Below are positions 1 through 9,248 of a stretch of 64,000 nucleotides of DNA, piece by piece. The notes below the pieces were generated by a model. That model was not told the origin of the DNA and made no database searches. It saw nothing but the letters and a program-made list of their open reading frames with translations. Position 1 is the first letter of the stretch. Each line of letters starts with the position of its first letter. The DNA lies in NCBI GenBank assembly GCA_965198355.1, contig CBDAPI010000015.1:922608-986607 (forward strand). Direction: 5' to 3'. The position numbers were made by a program, and so were the translations under genes. Source of the DNA: Acidobacteriota bacterium (GTDB lineage: Bacteria; Acidobacteriota; UBA6911; RPQK01; CBDAPI01).

Positions 1-760
1 CGAGTAGGGATTGTCGTCACAGACATGAGGCCGAGAGTGAGACTTGGTGACTCCCAGATCGGCCAGTAGCAAGGCCAGTGCTTTGGAACTCATCGACGAG
101 CCACGATCGGCATGCAGGGTGAGACCACCCGCTACGATCTCCTGCTTGGAGTAGCTCTGGGCGATCAAGACCTTGGCCAGGCGGGAGCTTTCCTGGGTGG
201 CCACCATCCAGCCCACCACATAGCGGCTGAAGATGTCCAGGATCACGTAGAGGTAGTAATAGCTCCATTTGACGGGCCCCTTCAGCTTGGTGATGTCCCA
301 CGACCAGCATTGGTTCGGGCCGGTGGCCAGAAGTTCCGGCTTGGAGTATTGGGGATGGCGGCGCTGGCGACGGCGTTCTCTAACTTCCAGACGTTTGGCC
401 AGAATGCGGTACATGGTTCGAATCGAGCACAAGTATCGCCCTTCGTCCAGCAGCTCCGCCCATACGGCGGCAGGAGCTTTGTCGATAAACTGTCGGCTGT
501 GCAGGACCTCCACAACGGCTTCCCTTTCGGGCGGGCTCAAGGCGCGTGGGGATGCGGCCCGAGGCCGAGGATCCAGCGCCGGCCGTTCGCGCCGAAGTTT
601 CTCCCGATACAGACTCGATGGCGGCAGATCCAGAGCCTGACAGCCGGCACGGACTCCGTGGGATTGTGAGAATCGCAAAGCTTCGTCCATCAGCTCTCGT
701 CTCCGTTCTCTTCGCTGCTCGCCAGAGAGATTCCCAACAGTTGCGAGACTTTTTTTGGAG
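1..760 (-). CDS. IS3-family transposase OrfB (DDE integrase core), truncated by the window edge
   Basis: minus-strand translation ...RLEVRERRRQRRHPQYSKPELLATGPNQCWSWDITKLKGPVKWSYYYLYVILDIFSRYVVGWMVATQESSRLA...LHADRGSSM...; not in the ORF track because it has no internal Met start and is partial. Confidence 0.75.
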
Positions 761-1189
761 ATCCAGCATGGCTTCAAACTTCTCGAGCTTGCGTTTCAGC
801 TTCCGATTCTCAGCCTCCACTTGCCTCAGTTGATGATCCAGAGGATTGACCGGCTTTGCCTTTCGTCCCCGCTTGCGAGGGGTCAATGCCTGCAGCGTTC
901 CGTGCTCGCGTTGGCGTCGCCAGGTCTGCAGATTCGACCAGTAAAGTCCTTCTCGGCGCAGTAATGCTCCCACTTCGCCCGACTCTTCGCAGCCATCGGC
1001 CTGCTCCAGGACCCGGAGCTTATAGCGGGCTGAAAACCGGCGACGGGTTGCCTTGGCAGGAACTTCCGGGTCGGGTCGCGGCAACGCCTTCTCGGGCTCG
1101 GTCCGTCCCGCAGCGATTTTGGAGACCTCTCCCCTCCGCTCCGAGGTTTCCAAAATCCTCAGTTTCTTGTCGCTTCTGTTTTCTATCAT
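380..1189 (-). CDS. IS3-family transposase OrfA (HTH + leucine zipper); genuine OrfA covers ~690-1189, the rest is read-through because the A-tract is A7
   Basis: RRRFSARYKLRVLEQA...GLYWSNLQTWRRQ...ENRKLKRKLEKFEAMLDLQKK is a typical IS3 OrfA; slippery site ccAAAAAAAGtctc on the minus strand at ~748-760. Confidence 0.8.
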   Translation of the reverse strand: MIENRSDKKLRILETSERRGEVSKIAAGRTEPEKALPRPDPEVPAKATRRRFSARYKLRVLEQADGCEESGEVGALLRREGLYWSNLQTWRRQREHGTLQALTPRKRGRKAKPVNPLDHQLRQVEAENRKLKRKLEKFEAMLDLQKKSRNCWESLWRAAKRTETRADGRSFAILTIPRSPCRLSGSGSAAIESVSGETSARTAGAGSSASGRIPTRLEPARKGSRCGGPAQPTVYRQSSCRRMGGAAGRRAILVLDSNHVPHSGQTSGS

Positions 1190-2058
1190 TCTGTAATCCA
1201 GCTTCTCGCCCTCTACTCTAATTTAGCCGGGAAGAAGTGTCTCACCATTATTGGCACAGAGGGGGGACTGGAACTGGAAAGCCCCAGTCCTCGTCAGTCA
1301 CTTAGCAACTGCGCTCGTTCTGCCAGTGCTATCAGTTGCTCCAGCTTTTTATCAGTGAGCTTATCCCGACTAGGATCATCCACGACCGCCACCGCAGCCT
1401 GTACCTGCACCTATTCAAGGTCTTTCTTTTCGTTCCGATTCAATCCGATTTTCTGACGGGGTGCGGATAGGGTGCGTTTTCGTCGTGTCCTGGCTTCAAC
1501 CCTCAAACAGCCGCAAGCGGTGTCAAGCGCGTCCCTGCAACCTGTTGAACCCGGCAGGGGTAGGGGCAATCTTCCACCGGCTGTCCAAGCACATTCGGGG
1601 CCAGGATCACCGGGCAATCTGTCTTGTTGGAATGACGGTCGTAGCCGTGCTTTCATTCCGCCACCTGCACTTTGCGCATTTCGGAGACGGAGCAGGTTGC
1701 GGGTAATAATGATCTCTTCGCTGCCTCCCTGAAGCTGACTCGCACCGGCTGGCGTAATGAGTGTGATCTCGTTAGTGAGACCTATGGGGAAGTCAATTAC
1801 GGGATTTACGAGTCCTTTTTGCAAGAAATCAAACTCCAGCGAACCAAGAGCCTGAGCCTCGAAGAAGGCCACTGTAATGGCAAGATCCTCGGGGGTTAGG
1901 AAGATTGAGGGTTCCTATGCGTCCTTTTGTCCATTGTTGTTCACATCCGCAGAGGCTCCCTCGTCCGAGCTGGCCAATATCGGACCTGTCGAACAGGTAT
2001 CGTCTGTGAAAACGAAAGTCACAAGTCCCGGCAGGATATCCCCGTCGCCCAAATTGCC

Positions 2059-2319
2059 CTACACATCAAACCCAAGTGTTAGGTTTGTGGGGTCTCCAAT
2101 GATCGTTGCTTGGTCAAGTGTCAGGTCTAAAGCCTTCGCAAGGATGTCAATGTCGTCAAAGAATCCATCTGAAACGGGATCGACAAAAATCTTGAACTTG
2201 CCCGTCGAGGCCAGTGGCGCATTAGAGAATGTCGATTCTTGCCCGAGGAGTCCACAGCAGATTAGGCTGGGAACCAGCAGGGCGAGAGGTAAGGAGACCC
2301 ATGGTTGTTGCTGAAGCAT
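2059..2319 (-). CDS. hypothetical secreted protein (N-terminal signal peptide), possibly frameshifted into 1411-1872
   Basis: MLQQQPWVSLPLALLVPSLICCG signal-like N-terminus; no recognisable domain. Confidence 0.25.
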   Translation of the reverse strand: MLQQQPWVSLPLALLVPSLICCGLLGQESTFSNAPLASTGKFKIFVDPVSDGFFDDIDILAKALDLTLDQATIIGDPTNLTLGFDV

Positions 2320-2702
2320 AACGGCTCCTTTACTTTTTGGTTGGGGTAAGCAACGGTTGCCGTCCTTATACTTCGTCGTCTTGAAGAAGTCAATCTGATT
2401 GGGCCTGTGCTTGCCATTTCGCCACTCGGGTGGGGAGAAGTATCGGCGCCGAGGGTACTAAGGGCATGACGGGTTCCGGATTAGATGAGCGAATCTTTAC
2501 TAACCCGCCTCACCAATTCACCGGCACATGTCTCTCATGCCCTTTGATGGTGACATCGACAGCCCCGTGAAGTGTCTCCCATTTGTCTCCCACTCTACTT
2601 CCCAAGCTTTCCTAATCTTTCGGATATTCGGTTGGCGGAAAACCCGATTAAGTTGTTGATTTTCCTAATGTTTCCTAATGATTCGGCTTTCTCTGCTCAG
2701 GT

Positions 2703-2747
2703 CTGCAAAACCTTCATTCACCGGTTCGAGTCCGGTCGCCGCCTCCA
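2703..2747 (+). repeat. 3' half of a tRNA-Cys(GCA) gene (anticodon loop through CCA), copy 1; att-site-like fragment
   Basis: cTGCAAA(loop)-ACCTT-CATTC(variable)-ACCGG-TTCGAGT-CCGGT(T-arm)-CGCCGCC(acceptor)-T(U73 discriminator)-CCA; no 5' half upstream. Confidence 0.6.
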
Positions 2748-2955
2748 ACCACCCTTCTAAGTTATTGAAAATCCAGGATGTTACGGGGTCGAAGTTTGGC
2801 CGGTTTTTCGGAGGGCGGGTATTCGGGTGGGGTGCCTCCTTTCTGCCGCCTCTCCGCCCGCCCGTTACGGCTGCGCTTCTCCAGTGCTTCGCGGGCCACG
2901 GCGCACTAAGGGACCCGATAATTGATCTGACTAGTCTGATCAATTATCGGTTACA

Positions 2956-3231
2956 ATGGATTGGATGAGTAAAGTCTATTCCACTTACGAGGCAAAGACT
3001 AGATTCAGTGAGATCCTGCGCAGGGTTCGTGCTGGAGGAACGGTCAGGATCTCCTACCACGGCGAGGAAGTTGCGGAGATCCGGCCCCTCTCTCATCCGC
3101 AGAACCTGGAAGGATCACTGCGCCGCATGGAGGAGGAAGGGGTGGTCAGTAGAGCCAGCGGTTCGACACTTCCGAAGCCCCTGGCCAAACGACCTGGAGC
3201 CCTTGCTCGATTTCTGGAGTCGCGGGATTGA
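2956..3231 (+). CDS. Phd/YefM-family antitoxin
   Basis: YSTYEAKTRFSEILRRVRAGGTVRISYHGEEVAEIRPL matches the Phd/YefM fold; its stop overlaps the start of the downstream PIN gene (aTTGA). Confidence 0.8.
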   Translation: MDWMSKVYSTYEAKTRFSEILRRVRAGGTVRISYHGEEVAEIRPLSHPQNLEGSLRRMEEEGVVSRASGSTLPKPLAKRPGALARFLESRD

Positions 3232-3611
3232 GAGTTGCCTACGTTGACTCGTCGGTGGTGGTGGCGATTGCTTTCAACGAGCCCGAAGCGGCCCGACTTG
3301 TCACCAATCTGGGTTCCTTTGCACGGCTGCTTTCCTCCAACCTCCTGGAAGCGGAATTTGAGTCGGTTTGCTTGCGAGAGGGCGTGACTAATCCTACACC
3401 CGATTATCTCTCCGCTATTTCGTGGGTGTTTCCGAGCAGACCCTTGACGGCCGAGGTGAAAAGAGTTGCTGGGGCCGGCTATCTCCGGGGAGGCGATCTC
3501 TGGCATGTGGCCTGCGCCCTTTTTGTGTCGGCGGATCCGAGTCAGATCAGCTTCCTGACGCTGGATGAGCGGCAGAAGAAGGTTTCCAGGGCCCTGGGCT
3601 TCGCGAGCTGA
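3228..3611 (+). CDS. vapC: VapC-like PIN-domain toxin
   Basis: N-terminal AYVDSSVVVAIAFNEPEA matches the PIN acidic motif; ~127 aa; translationally coupled to the antitoxin. Confidence 0.75.
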   Translation: MRVAYVDSSVVVAIAFNEPEAARLVTNLGSFARLLSSNLLEAEFESVCLREGVTNPTPDYLSAISWVFPSRPLTAEVKRVAGAGYLRGGDLWHVACALFVSADPSQISFLTLDERQKKVSRALGFAS

Positions 3612-3756
3612 TCCCTCGTGAGCCGAGCCCAGGCGTTTGCCGCCCTTTTCGATTGGTAGGAGCCGGTAACTGCTGGTAAGATGTGACTTGCAGTAACCGG
3701 GCTTAACTCATTGATTTTGTTAAGCTTTGCTAGTGTTTACTAAGGCCGCCCTTCGC

Positions 3757-3798
3757 GTGCAAAACCTTCATTCACCGGTTCGAGTCCGGTCGCCGCCT
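3757..3798 (+). repeat. 3' half of tRNA-Cys(GCA), copy 2 (no encoded CCA)
   Basis: 42/42 nt identical to 2705-2746 (tgcaaaaccttcattcaccggttcgagtccggtcgccgcctc); direct orientation. Confidence 0.6.
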
Positions 3799-3831
3799 CT
3801 CACTCTCCTCCCTGTCTTCTCCTTTGATAGA

Positions 3832-4101
3832 ATGGCAAGTATGAGCAACTCCGTTGACGAGGTAATAATTCACCTGGACTTTGAGCCCCTGGAAACAGGG
3901 GGCTTTGTCGCGACGAGTCCTGACGTGCCTGGCTTGGTGGCTCAAGGCCGAACCATAGCCGAAGTCATCGAGATCGCTCGAGATGTCGCACAGAAGATCG
4001 TAGAGTCCTCTGTGGAGCACGGAGACCCTTTACCTGAAGCTTTCCAACGACCAAAGGTACCAGGACCGATCAGCGTGGACATACCAGTAACGCTTCCTTG
4101 A
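3832..4101 (+). CDS. hicB: HicB-like (UPF0150) antitoxin, apparently orphan
   Basis: FEPLETGGFVATSPDVPGLVAQGRTIAEVIEIARDVAQ matches HicB/UPF0150; no HicA ORF adjacent. Confidence 0.6.
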   Translation: MASMSNSVDEVIIHLDFEPLETGGFVATSPDVPGLVAQGRTIAEVIEIARDVAQKIVESSVEHGDPLPEAFQRPKVPGPISVDIPVTLP

Positions 4102-4155
4102 CCGCATGGGAAAGCTGGCTGGCTTCACCTACCGCGAGAGCACAGTAGCGATATT

Positions 4156-4527
4156 TTGCGCCTTTTTTATGCCGATGATCTGTTAGGCCCGTGGAAACAG
4201 CACCCACAGAGTCCGATCGTCATAGAAAATGGAGATATCGCCAGACCAGCTGGTAGAGTTGTGGAACTTGATGATGGCCGAATATTTAGATACGCTCAAT
4301 ATAGCCAACCCATTAACAGTACTCTGGTTCGGGCAGCTAACATTACCGAATTGACGACGACAAGTTATAAAGAAGAAGTGCTGGAAAATCCAATCGTAAA
4401 CGAAAGTGGTTCAGGTTGGAATAGTGATGGGATGCACTATTTTGATCCGCATGAGATCACTGACAATAAGTGGATCGCTAGCGTTAATGGCTGGACACCG
4501 GTGTGGGAATTTGGGTTTGAATACTAA
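4156..4527 (+). CDS. hypothetical protein or gene fragment in the AT-richer block
   Basis: ORF only; composition shift. Confidence 0.25.
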   Translation: MRLFYADDLLGPWKQHPQSPIVIENGDIARPAGRVVELDDGRIFRYAQYSQPINSTLVRAANITELTTTSYKEEVLENPIVNESGSGWNSDGMHYFDPHEITDNKWIASVNGWTPVWEFGFEY

Positions 4528-4539
4528 CTCTATATTACC

Positions 4540-5252
4540 TGCTCGTATGGAGGGTCTTCGGTGATTACAACTTATAAACGCATTATCAACATTAGCATAA
4601 GCGCTCTACTAACAGCTGTATTCCTCTACTTGGCTTTTAATAAAGTAGATCTTAACGTTATGTTGAATAGTTTCAGCCAGGTGAAGTTTCCGTACCCGCT
4701 ACTTAGCATTATTGCTTTTTCATGAGCCTATCAACCCGCTCATTGCTGTGGAAAAACACTTTTGGGGCTAACAATAAGATTAGGTTTGGCTCTCTATTCA
4801 GAGCTGTTGTTATTGGTCAAATGGGCAACAATATTCTCCCATTCAGGGGCGGGGAGTTACTCAGAGTTTACTCATTAAGTAGTAGCGAGCAGTTAAGTAA
4901 GTCGCAATGTCTATCTACAATCGTTGTCGAGCGCGTATTTGATCTAGTATCTTTCATAATATTGACAGTTTTTGTTTCTATCTTCATCGAAATCCCTATT
5001 TATTTGAGAAGCGGACTGATTATTGTATGTAGTGTTACCGTGTTTGCTCTAGCATTTATGATTTATATAGCCAATGCACCTACAATTGCCAATAGGATGT
5101 TTGGCTGGGCCAAAATAATCCTACCGGATAACTTTAAAGATACATTACAGGAAAGTTTTAATCAATTGGTGTTGGGCTTAACGGCCTTAAATAAATTGAA
5201 GACGACCTTGTTTATATTCATTCTATCCTTTTACTATTTCCGGCGATGGTAG
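4540..5252 (+). pseudogene. UPF0104 flippase-like (LPG-synthase-TM family) membrane protein, frameshifted and C-terminally truncated
   Basis: GANNKIRFGSLFRAVVIGQMGNNILPFRGGELLRVYSLS is the hallmark of UPF0104 (compare intact paralogs 34365-35417 and 40872-41849); the N-terminal part is in another frame (4555-4720). Confidence 0.5.
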
Positions 5253-5283
5253 TCAATATCGCAATTTTATCTATGTAGAGGAT

Positions 5284-5565
5284 ATGGCAGAGGCTCACGT
5301 ACTGGCCCTTGACGATGCAGCAGAAAATCAAATACTCAATTTGGAAGGAATACGCCGGATCTCTATTAAACATATCGCCGAGACCATTCAACAACTGATG
5401 CCTAACGATGTTACTATCGAGTATGTACCGGCTCGTCCGGGAGACTTCGAGGGTAAAGAGGCTTCAAATGACAAGATAAAAAGGCTGCTCAGTTGGGAGC
5501 CTAAGGTTGATTTTGAGGAAGGGATGCAAAAAACAATCGAGTGGTTTGAGGCTACACAGGTATGA
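5284..5565 (+). pseudogene. C-terminal fragment of an NAD-dependent sugar epimerase/dehydratase
   Basis: YVPARPGDFEGKEASNDKIKRLLSWEPKVDFEEGMQKTIEWF is a typical GalE/ArnA-like C-terminus; no Rossmann N-terminus. Confidence 0.55.
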
Positions 5566-5933
5566 TGAAGGCAGAACTGAAGCAGCTTTTTGAAAAAGCA
5601 ATTGTCTTTACGGGATATTTTACCGGAAAGTCCGCCGTTTGAGTATAAATAGTTCTATCCTCCAATCAATGATAAAGTATGTAACGCGTCTTGACATCTT
5701 AAATGTCTGGGGGTTTCCTGTTGCTCTGTTGGTTACCAGTTTAGCTATTCATAGCCCTTTCCTAATAACGGACTACTTCGGTGAGCAAGATGCGGCCCGG
5801 ATTGCCAATGACAGCATCATAGCAGCTTATGATGGTTACTTTCATGATCAGGGAGCTTCGGTCAGAGGTGGACCCGGAAAACTGGACCATTTGTTAAGGT
5901 GGCTCCGACCTGAATCAGAAAGGATGAGGAGTC

Positions 5934-6215
5934 ATGGCAAAACGAAGGAATTTCTCAGCTCAGTTTAAAGCGAAGGTGGCGCTGGAAGCGCTTCGAGGCG
6001 AACGCACCCTGAGCGAGTTGGCGGCTCGCTACGAGATCCATCCGAGTGTGATCACGAATTGGAAAAAGCGGGCCAGGGAAGGTCTGGGCGATGTGTTCGC
6101 GGGCAAGGTTGAGAAGCGTCAGAGAGGAAGCGAGGCGGAGACCAAAGAGCTTTATGCCAAGATCGGCGAACTGACGGTGGAAAAGGATTTTTTGTCCAAA
6201 GCGCTCGATCGCTGA
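5934..6215 (+). CDS. IS3-family transposase OrfA
   Basis: MAKRRNFSAQFKAKVALEALRGERTLSELAARYEIHPSVITNWKK. Confidence 0.85.
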   Translation: MAKRRNFSAQFKAKVALEALRGERTLSELAARYEIHPSVITNWKKRAREGLGDVFAGKVEKRQRGSEAETKELYAKIGELTVEKDFLSKALDR

Positions 6216-6286
6216 GTGTAAAGGCCAGAAGGGCCACGATCGAGCCAAAGCACCCGAGGCTGAGCATTCGTAGACAATGCAGGCTG

Positions 6287-7135
6287 ATGAGTCTGAACCG
6301 TTCGACTTTGTACTATGAGCCCAAAGGCGAGAGCGAAGAAAACCTGCAACTGATGAGACGATTGGACGAGCAGTTCTTAAAGACCCCCTACTACGGATCC
6401 CGGCAGATGGTCTATCACTTGAAACGGCGGGGCTCTCGGGTAGGCCGCAAGAGGGTTCGTCGTCTGATGGCCAAAATGGGCCTGGCGGTCATCTATCAAA
6501 AGCCGCGGACTTCACAGCCTCACCCGGAGAATCGAGTGTATCCGTATCTTCTTCGAGGATTGGCGGTCACCCGGCCCGATCAGGTGTGGTGCACGGATGT
6601 CACCTACATCCCGATGCGTCGGGGCTTTTTGTACCTGGTGGCGATCATGGACTGGTACAGCCGCTGGGTTTTGTCCTGGAGGCTGTCGAACACGCTGGAG
6701 CCGTCCTTTTGTTGCGAAGCACTCGAGGAAGCGCTCAACAGGTACGATCCCCCGGAGATCTTCAATACAGACCAGGGGAGTCAGTTCACCAGCACGGAGT
6801 TCACGGGACTACTCAAAGGGGCCGGGGTGCGTATCTCGATGGACGGGAGAGGCCGCTGGATGGACAACGTCTTCATCGAGCGTCTGTGGCGTTCACTCAA
6901 ATACGAATGCGTCTATCTGAACGCTTTCGAAACCGGGTCGGAAGCCCGTCAAGGGATCGGCCATTGGATCGACCTATACAACAGCGAGAGACCTCACTCG
7001 GCGCACGCTGGGGCGACGCCGGAGGAGGTGTACACTGGCTTGAAAAAACATTCTGAGAGGGACCTTGCCCTCAGGCTCGCCCCCTCTCAGAATTTCCCTT
7101 ACTGGCGGCAACAAGAACTGCGGAGTCCACCTTAG
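6287..7135 (+). CDS. IS3-family transposase OrfB (DDE integrase); true start upstream via frameshift
   Basis: QVWCTDVTYIPMRRGFLYLVAIMDWYSRWVLSW...FNTDQGSQFTS...ERLWRSLKYE. Confidence 0.85.
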   Translation: MSLNRSTLYYEPKGESEENLQLMRRLDEQFLKTPYYGSRQMVYHLKRRGSRVGRKRVRRLMAKMGLAVIYQKPRTSQPHPENRVYPYLLRGLAVTRPDQVWCTDVTYIPMRRGFLYLVAIMDWYSRWVLSWRLSNTLEPSFCCEALEEALNRYDPPEIFNTDQGSQFTSTEFTGLLKGAGVRISMDGRGRWMDNVFIERLWRSLKYECVYLNAFETGSEARQGIGHWIDLYNSERPHSAHAGATPEEVYTGLKKHSERDLALRLAPSQNFPYWRQQELRSPP

Positions 7136-7603
7136 AAATGCCGCCAAGTGGTCCAACCGATGGGGTCCACCTCTGTCTACTCCACCCCACTGTATCTACA
7201 TATTCCACAGATTAGCCTTCAGTCTGGTCTAATCGTCGCTTCAGATATTCCTTTTTGGATGGCGTTGGCCAGCTTGATCGCCAGCGCCACTGTCACGGTG
7301 GCCTTGTATATCTTTTTATACCGTTTGACTAAGAGTCTTCCGGTGGCATTAGGAGCAGCCTTAGCTCTGCAGCTGAATCCAACCTTCTGGTTCAATAGTG
7401 TATATGGCTTTGCTACAATTGTGGCCCTGGCTTTATTGTTAGTTTCCTTAGTTTTGTTTCAGGAGGTCTTAGAAAGTTCAACCTAAAATATTTATTCTAT
7501 GGTGGCGCCTTTCTCATGTATATATTGGCAGTCACCACCAAGATAGATACTATATTAGCCACTGCTATATTCTGCTTGCCGGTCTGGTCCTCTGAACGTT
7601 CGG

Positions 7604-9248
7604 TTAATGCTAACCCGGATTATGCAAGAGATCTGAATCCGAGTGAGATTTGGGTCCAGAAAAAAAGCCGTAGCTCTCTGATATAAAAGGGTTTACATAA
7701 AAACAACCCTAAACAGGAGCTACGGCTATGTTGAAAACAGTCTGCCAGAATACCCTGCCATTTCACAGCCACAGAGACATCACAGCTCGTTTTGATGGGG
7801 GGAGCCTCACTTCCGACGCAGGATGGTTGTTGTTTGGATCGCTGGATCGGCAACATCGATTGTGCGAGGGCTTCAGTTCGTGTATTGCGGAAAGCCGGGA
7901 CCGACGCTACATTCGTCATGACCTGTTGAAGTTGATCCGACAACGAGTGTTGCAGATCGTGGCCGGCTACGAAGACTGTAATGACGCCGATACGCTGCGC
8001 TCGGATCCGATGCTCAAGACAGTCTGTGATCAGTTGCCCGAGAGCGATCCCGATTTGGCCACCCAGCCGACTTTCTCCCGCTTGGAGAACTCCGTCACCA
8101 AGAAGGATCTGATGCGTCTGAGCCGGTGGCTGCTACGCCGTTATGTGCGCTCCCTGAAGAAGAGACGTCCCGCCAAGATCATCCTGGATCTGGACAGTAC
8201 CGACGACCACACTCACGGCCAACAGGAGTTCGCCTTCTACCACGGGTATTACCGAAACCACATTCTGCATCCTTTGCTGATCTTCGATGCCGCCACGGGA
8301 GACCTGGTCTGTGCCGTGTTGAGACCTGGCAACAAGGGGGCTGCCTCTCACATCGTGCCCATTCTGAAGCGCGTCGTGGAGGCCATCCGACAAGCAGTGG
8401 GGACGGATGTCGAGATTGAGATTCGGGCCGACAGCGGCTTTGCCACGCCTCGGCTCTACGAGTTCTGTGAAGGTGAAGAGAATCAACTCCAATATGTCAT
8501 TGGGTTAAGTCGCAACCCTCGCCTGCAGCGAGTGGTCGAGCCCCTGCTGGATTCGACTCGGGAAAGGTTCGTTGAGCGGGAGGAAAAACAGCGTCAGTTT
8601 GACGAGTTTCTTTATCGAGCCAACAGCTGGGATCGATCCCGTCGCGTCATTGTCAAAGTGGAGGTCGATCAGCGCGGGATCAATCGTCGCTTTGTGGTCA
8701 CCAACCGGGACGATCTCTGCTCCCAATCACTTTATGACCACTACACCGACCGAGGGCAGACCGAGAACTTCATCAAGGCCTTTAAGAATCATCTGAGCAT
8801 GGACCGACTCAGCTGTCATCGATTCCTGGCCAACCAGTTTCGACTCCTCCTGCATGCACTGGCTTACCAGATGTTCGTGCGCCTGCGCGACTATCTGCAC
8901 GGAACCCCCTGGCACAAGCTCGAAATCGAAACCTTACGTCGTCGTGTCCTCAAGATCGGGGCCCGGATCCGACAAACCACTCGACGCATCTGGGTCCATC
9001 TTTCCTCAGCCTTTCCCGAACAACCCCTCTTTCACCTCGTCTTGAGTCGCCTGAACTCCAGCTAGCTTCTCCCAGTTCCCCGAAAAACCGCTTCCGACAC
9101 TCATCCAGGCCCAGATCTGTCTGAAATTCACTCCCCCAACCACTCAAACGCCTCGCCAACCGATATTCTTCGCAAATCCGCCTGTCACAACTGCCCGCTT
9201 CCGAGTTGGGCCACTTCTCGAGCCCTTTTTCAACAGCGGATTACGGTT
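7604..9248 (+). mobile_element. IS1380-like (IS4-superfamily DDE) insertion sequence, copy 1
   Basis: ends TA(A/G)CCCGGATTATGCAAG ... CTTGCATAATCCGGGCTA; ~1.65 kb; >99% identical to the inverted copy at 20286-21952. Confidence 0.8.
7728..9065 (+). CDS. IS1380-family DDE transposase (445 aa)
   Basis: N-terminal ...ARFDGGSLTSDAGWLLFGSLDRQHRL... signature and a D..D..E core; differs by 2 aa from the copy at 20493-21830. Confidence 0.8.
   Translation: MLKTVCQNTLPFHSHRDITARFDGGSLTSDAGWLLFGSLDRQHRLCEGFSSCIAESRDRRYIRHDLLKLIRQRVLQIVAGYEDCNDADTLRSDPMLKTVCDQLPESDPDLATQPTFSRLENSVTKKDLMRLSRWLLRRYVRSLKKRRPAKIILDLDSTDDHTHGQQEFAFYHGYYRNHILHPLLIFDAATGDLVCAVLRPGNKGAASHIVPILKRVVEAIRQAVGTDVEIEIRADSGFATPRLYEFCEGEENQLQYVIGLSRNPRLQRVVEPLLDSTRERFVEREEKQRQFDEFLYRANSWDRSRRVIVKVEVDQRGINRRFVVTNRDDLCSQSLYDHYTDRGQTENFIKAFKNHLSMDRLSCHRFLANQFRLLLHALAYQMFVRLRDYLHGTPWHKLEIETLRRRVLKIGARIRQTTRRIWVHLSSAFPEQPLFHLVLSRLNSS

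Larger units (their letters stand above)
1..1262 (-). mobile_element. IS3-family insertion sequence, copy A (left part runs off the window start)
   Basis: orfA/orfB pair with an A-AAA-AAG slippery heptamer; the right end ~1250-1262 is shared with the remnant copy at 34062-34074 (...ttattggcacagaggg). Confidence 0.8.
5886..7147 (+). mobile_element. IS3-family insertion sequence, complete
   Basis: imperfect terminal inverted repeats CATTTgTtAAGGTGGcCTCC (5886-) / reverse complement CATTTcT-AAGGTGGaCTCC (-7147) bracket orfA+orfB. Confidence 0.75.

Noticed and set aside
1248-1265. TGGCAC motifs at the IS3 right ends (1248, 34064) as sigma-54 promoters
   Set aside because: No TTGC at the required N5 spacing; the motif is part of the IS terminal repeat.
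2660-2747. Full-length tRNA-Cys at copy 1
   Set aside because: Upstream sequence lacks a D-arm (no GG-containing D-loop) and the 5' acceptor strand GGCGGCG; only the 3' ~45 nt are tRNA-like.
6586-7056. 156-aa and 107-aa alternative-frame ORFs within IS3 orfB
   Set aside because: Overlap a clear DDE integrase reading frame; the translation is Arg/Gly-rich junk.
8126-8915. Multiple small ORFs on both strands within the IS1380-like transposase gene (and their mirror images at 20643-21432)
   Set aside because: Nested inside a well-supported 445-aa transposase ORF; they recur only because the IS is duplicated.
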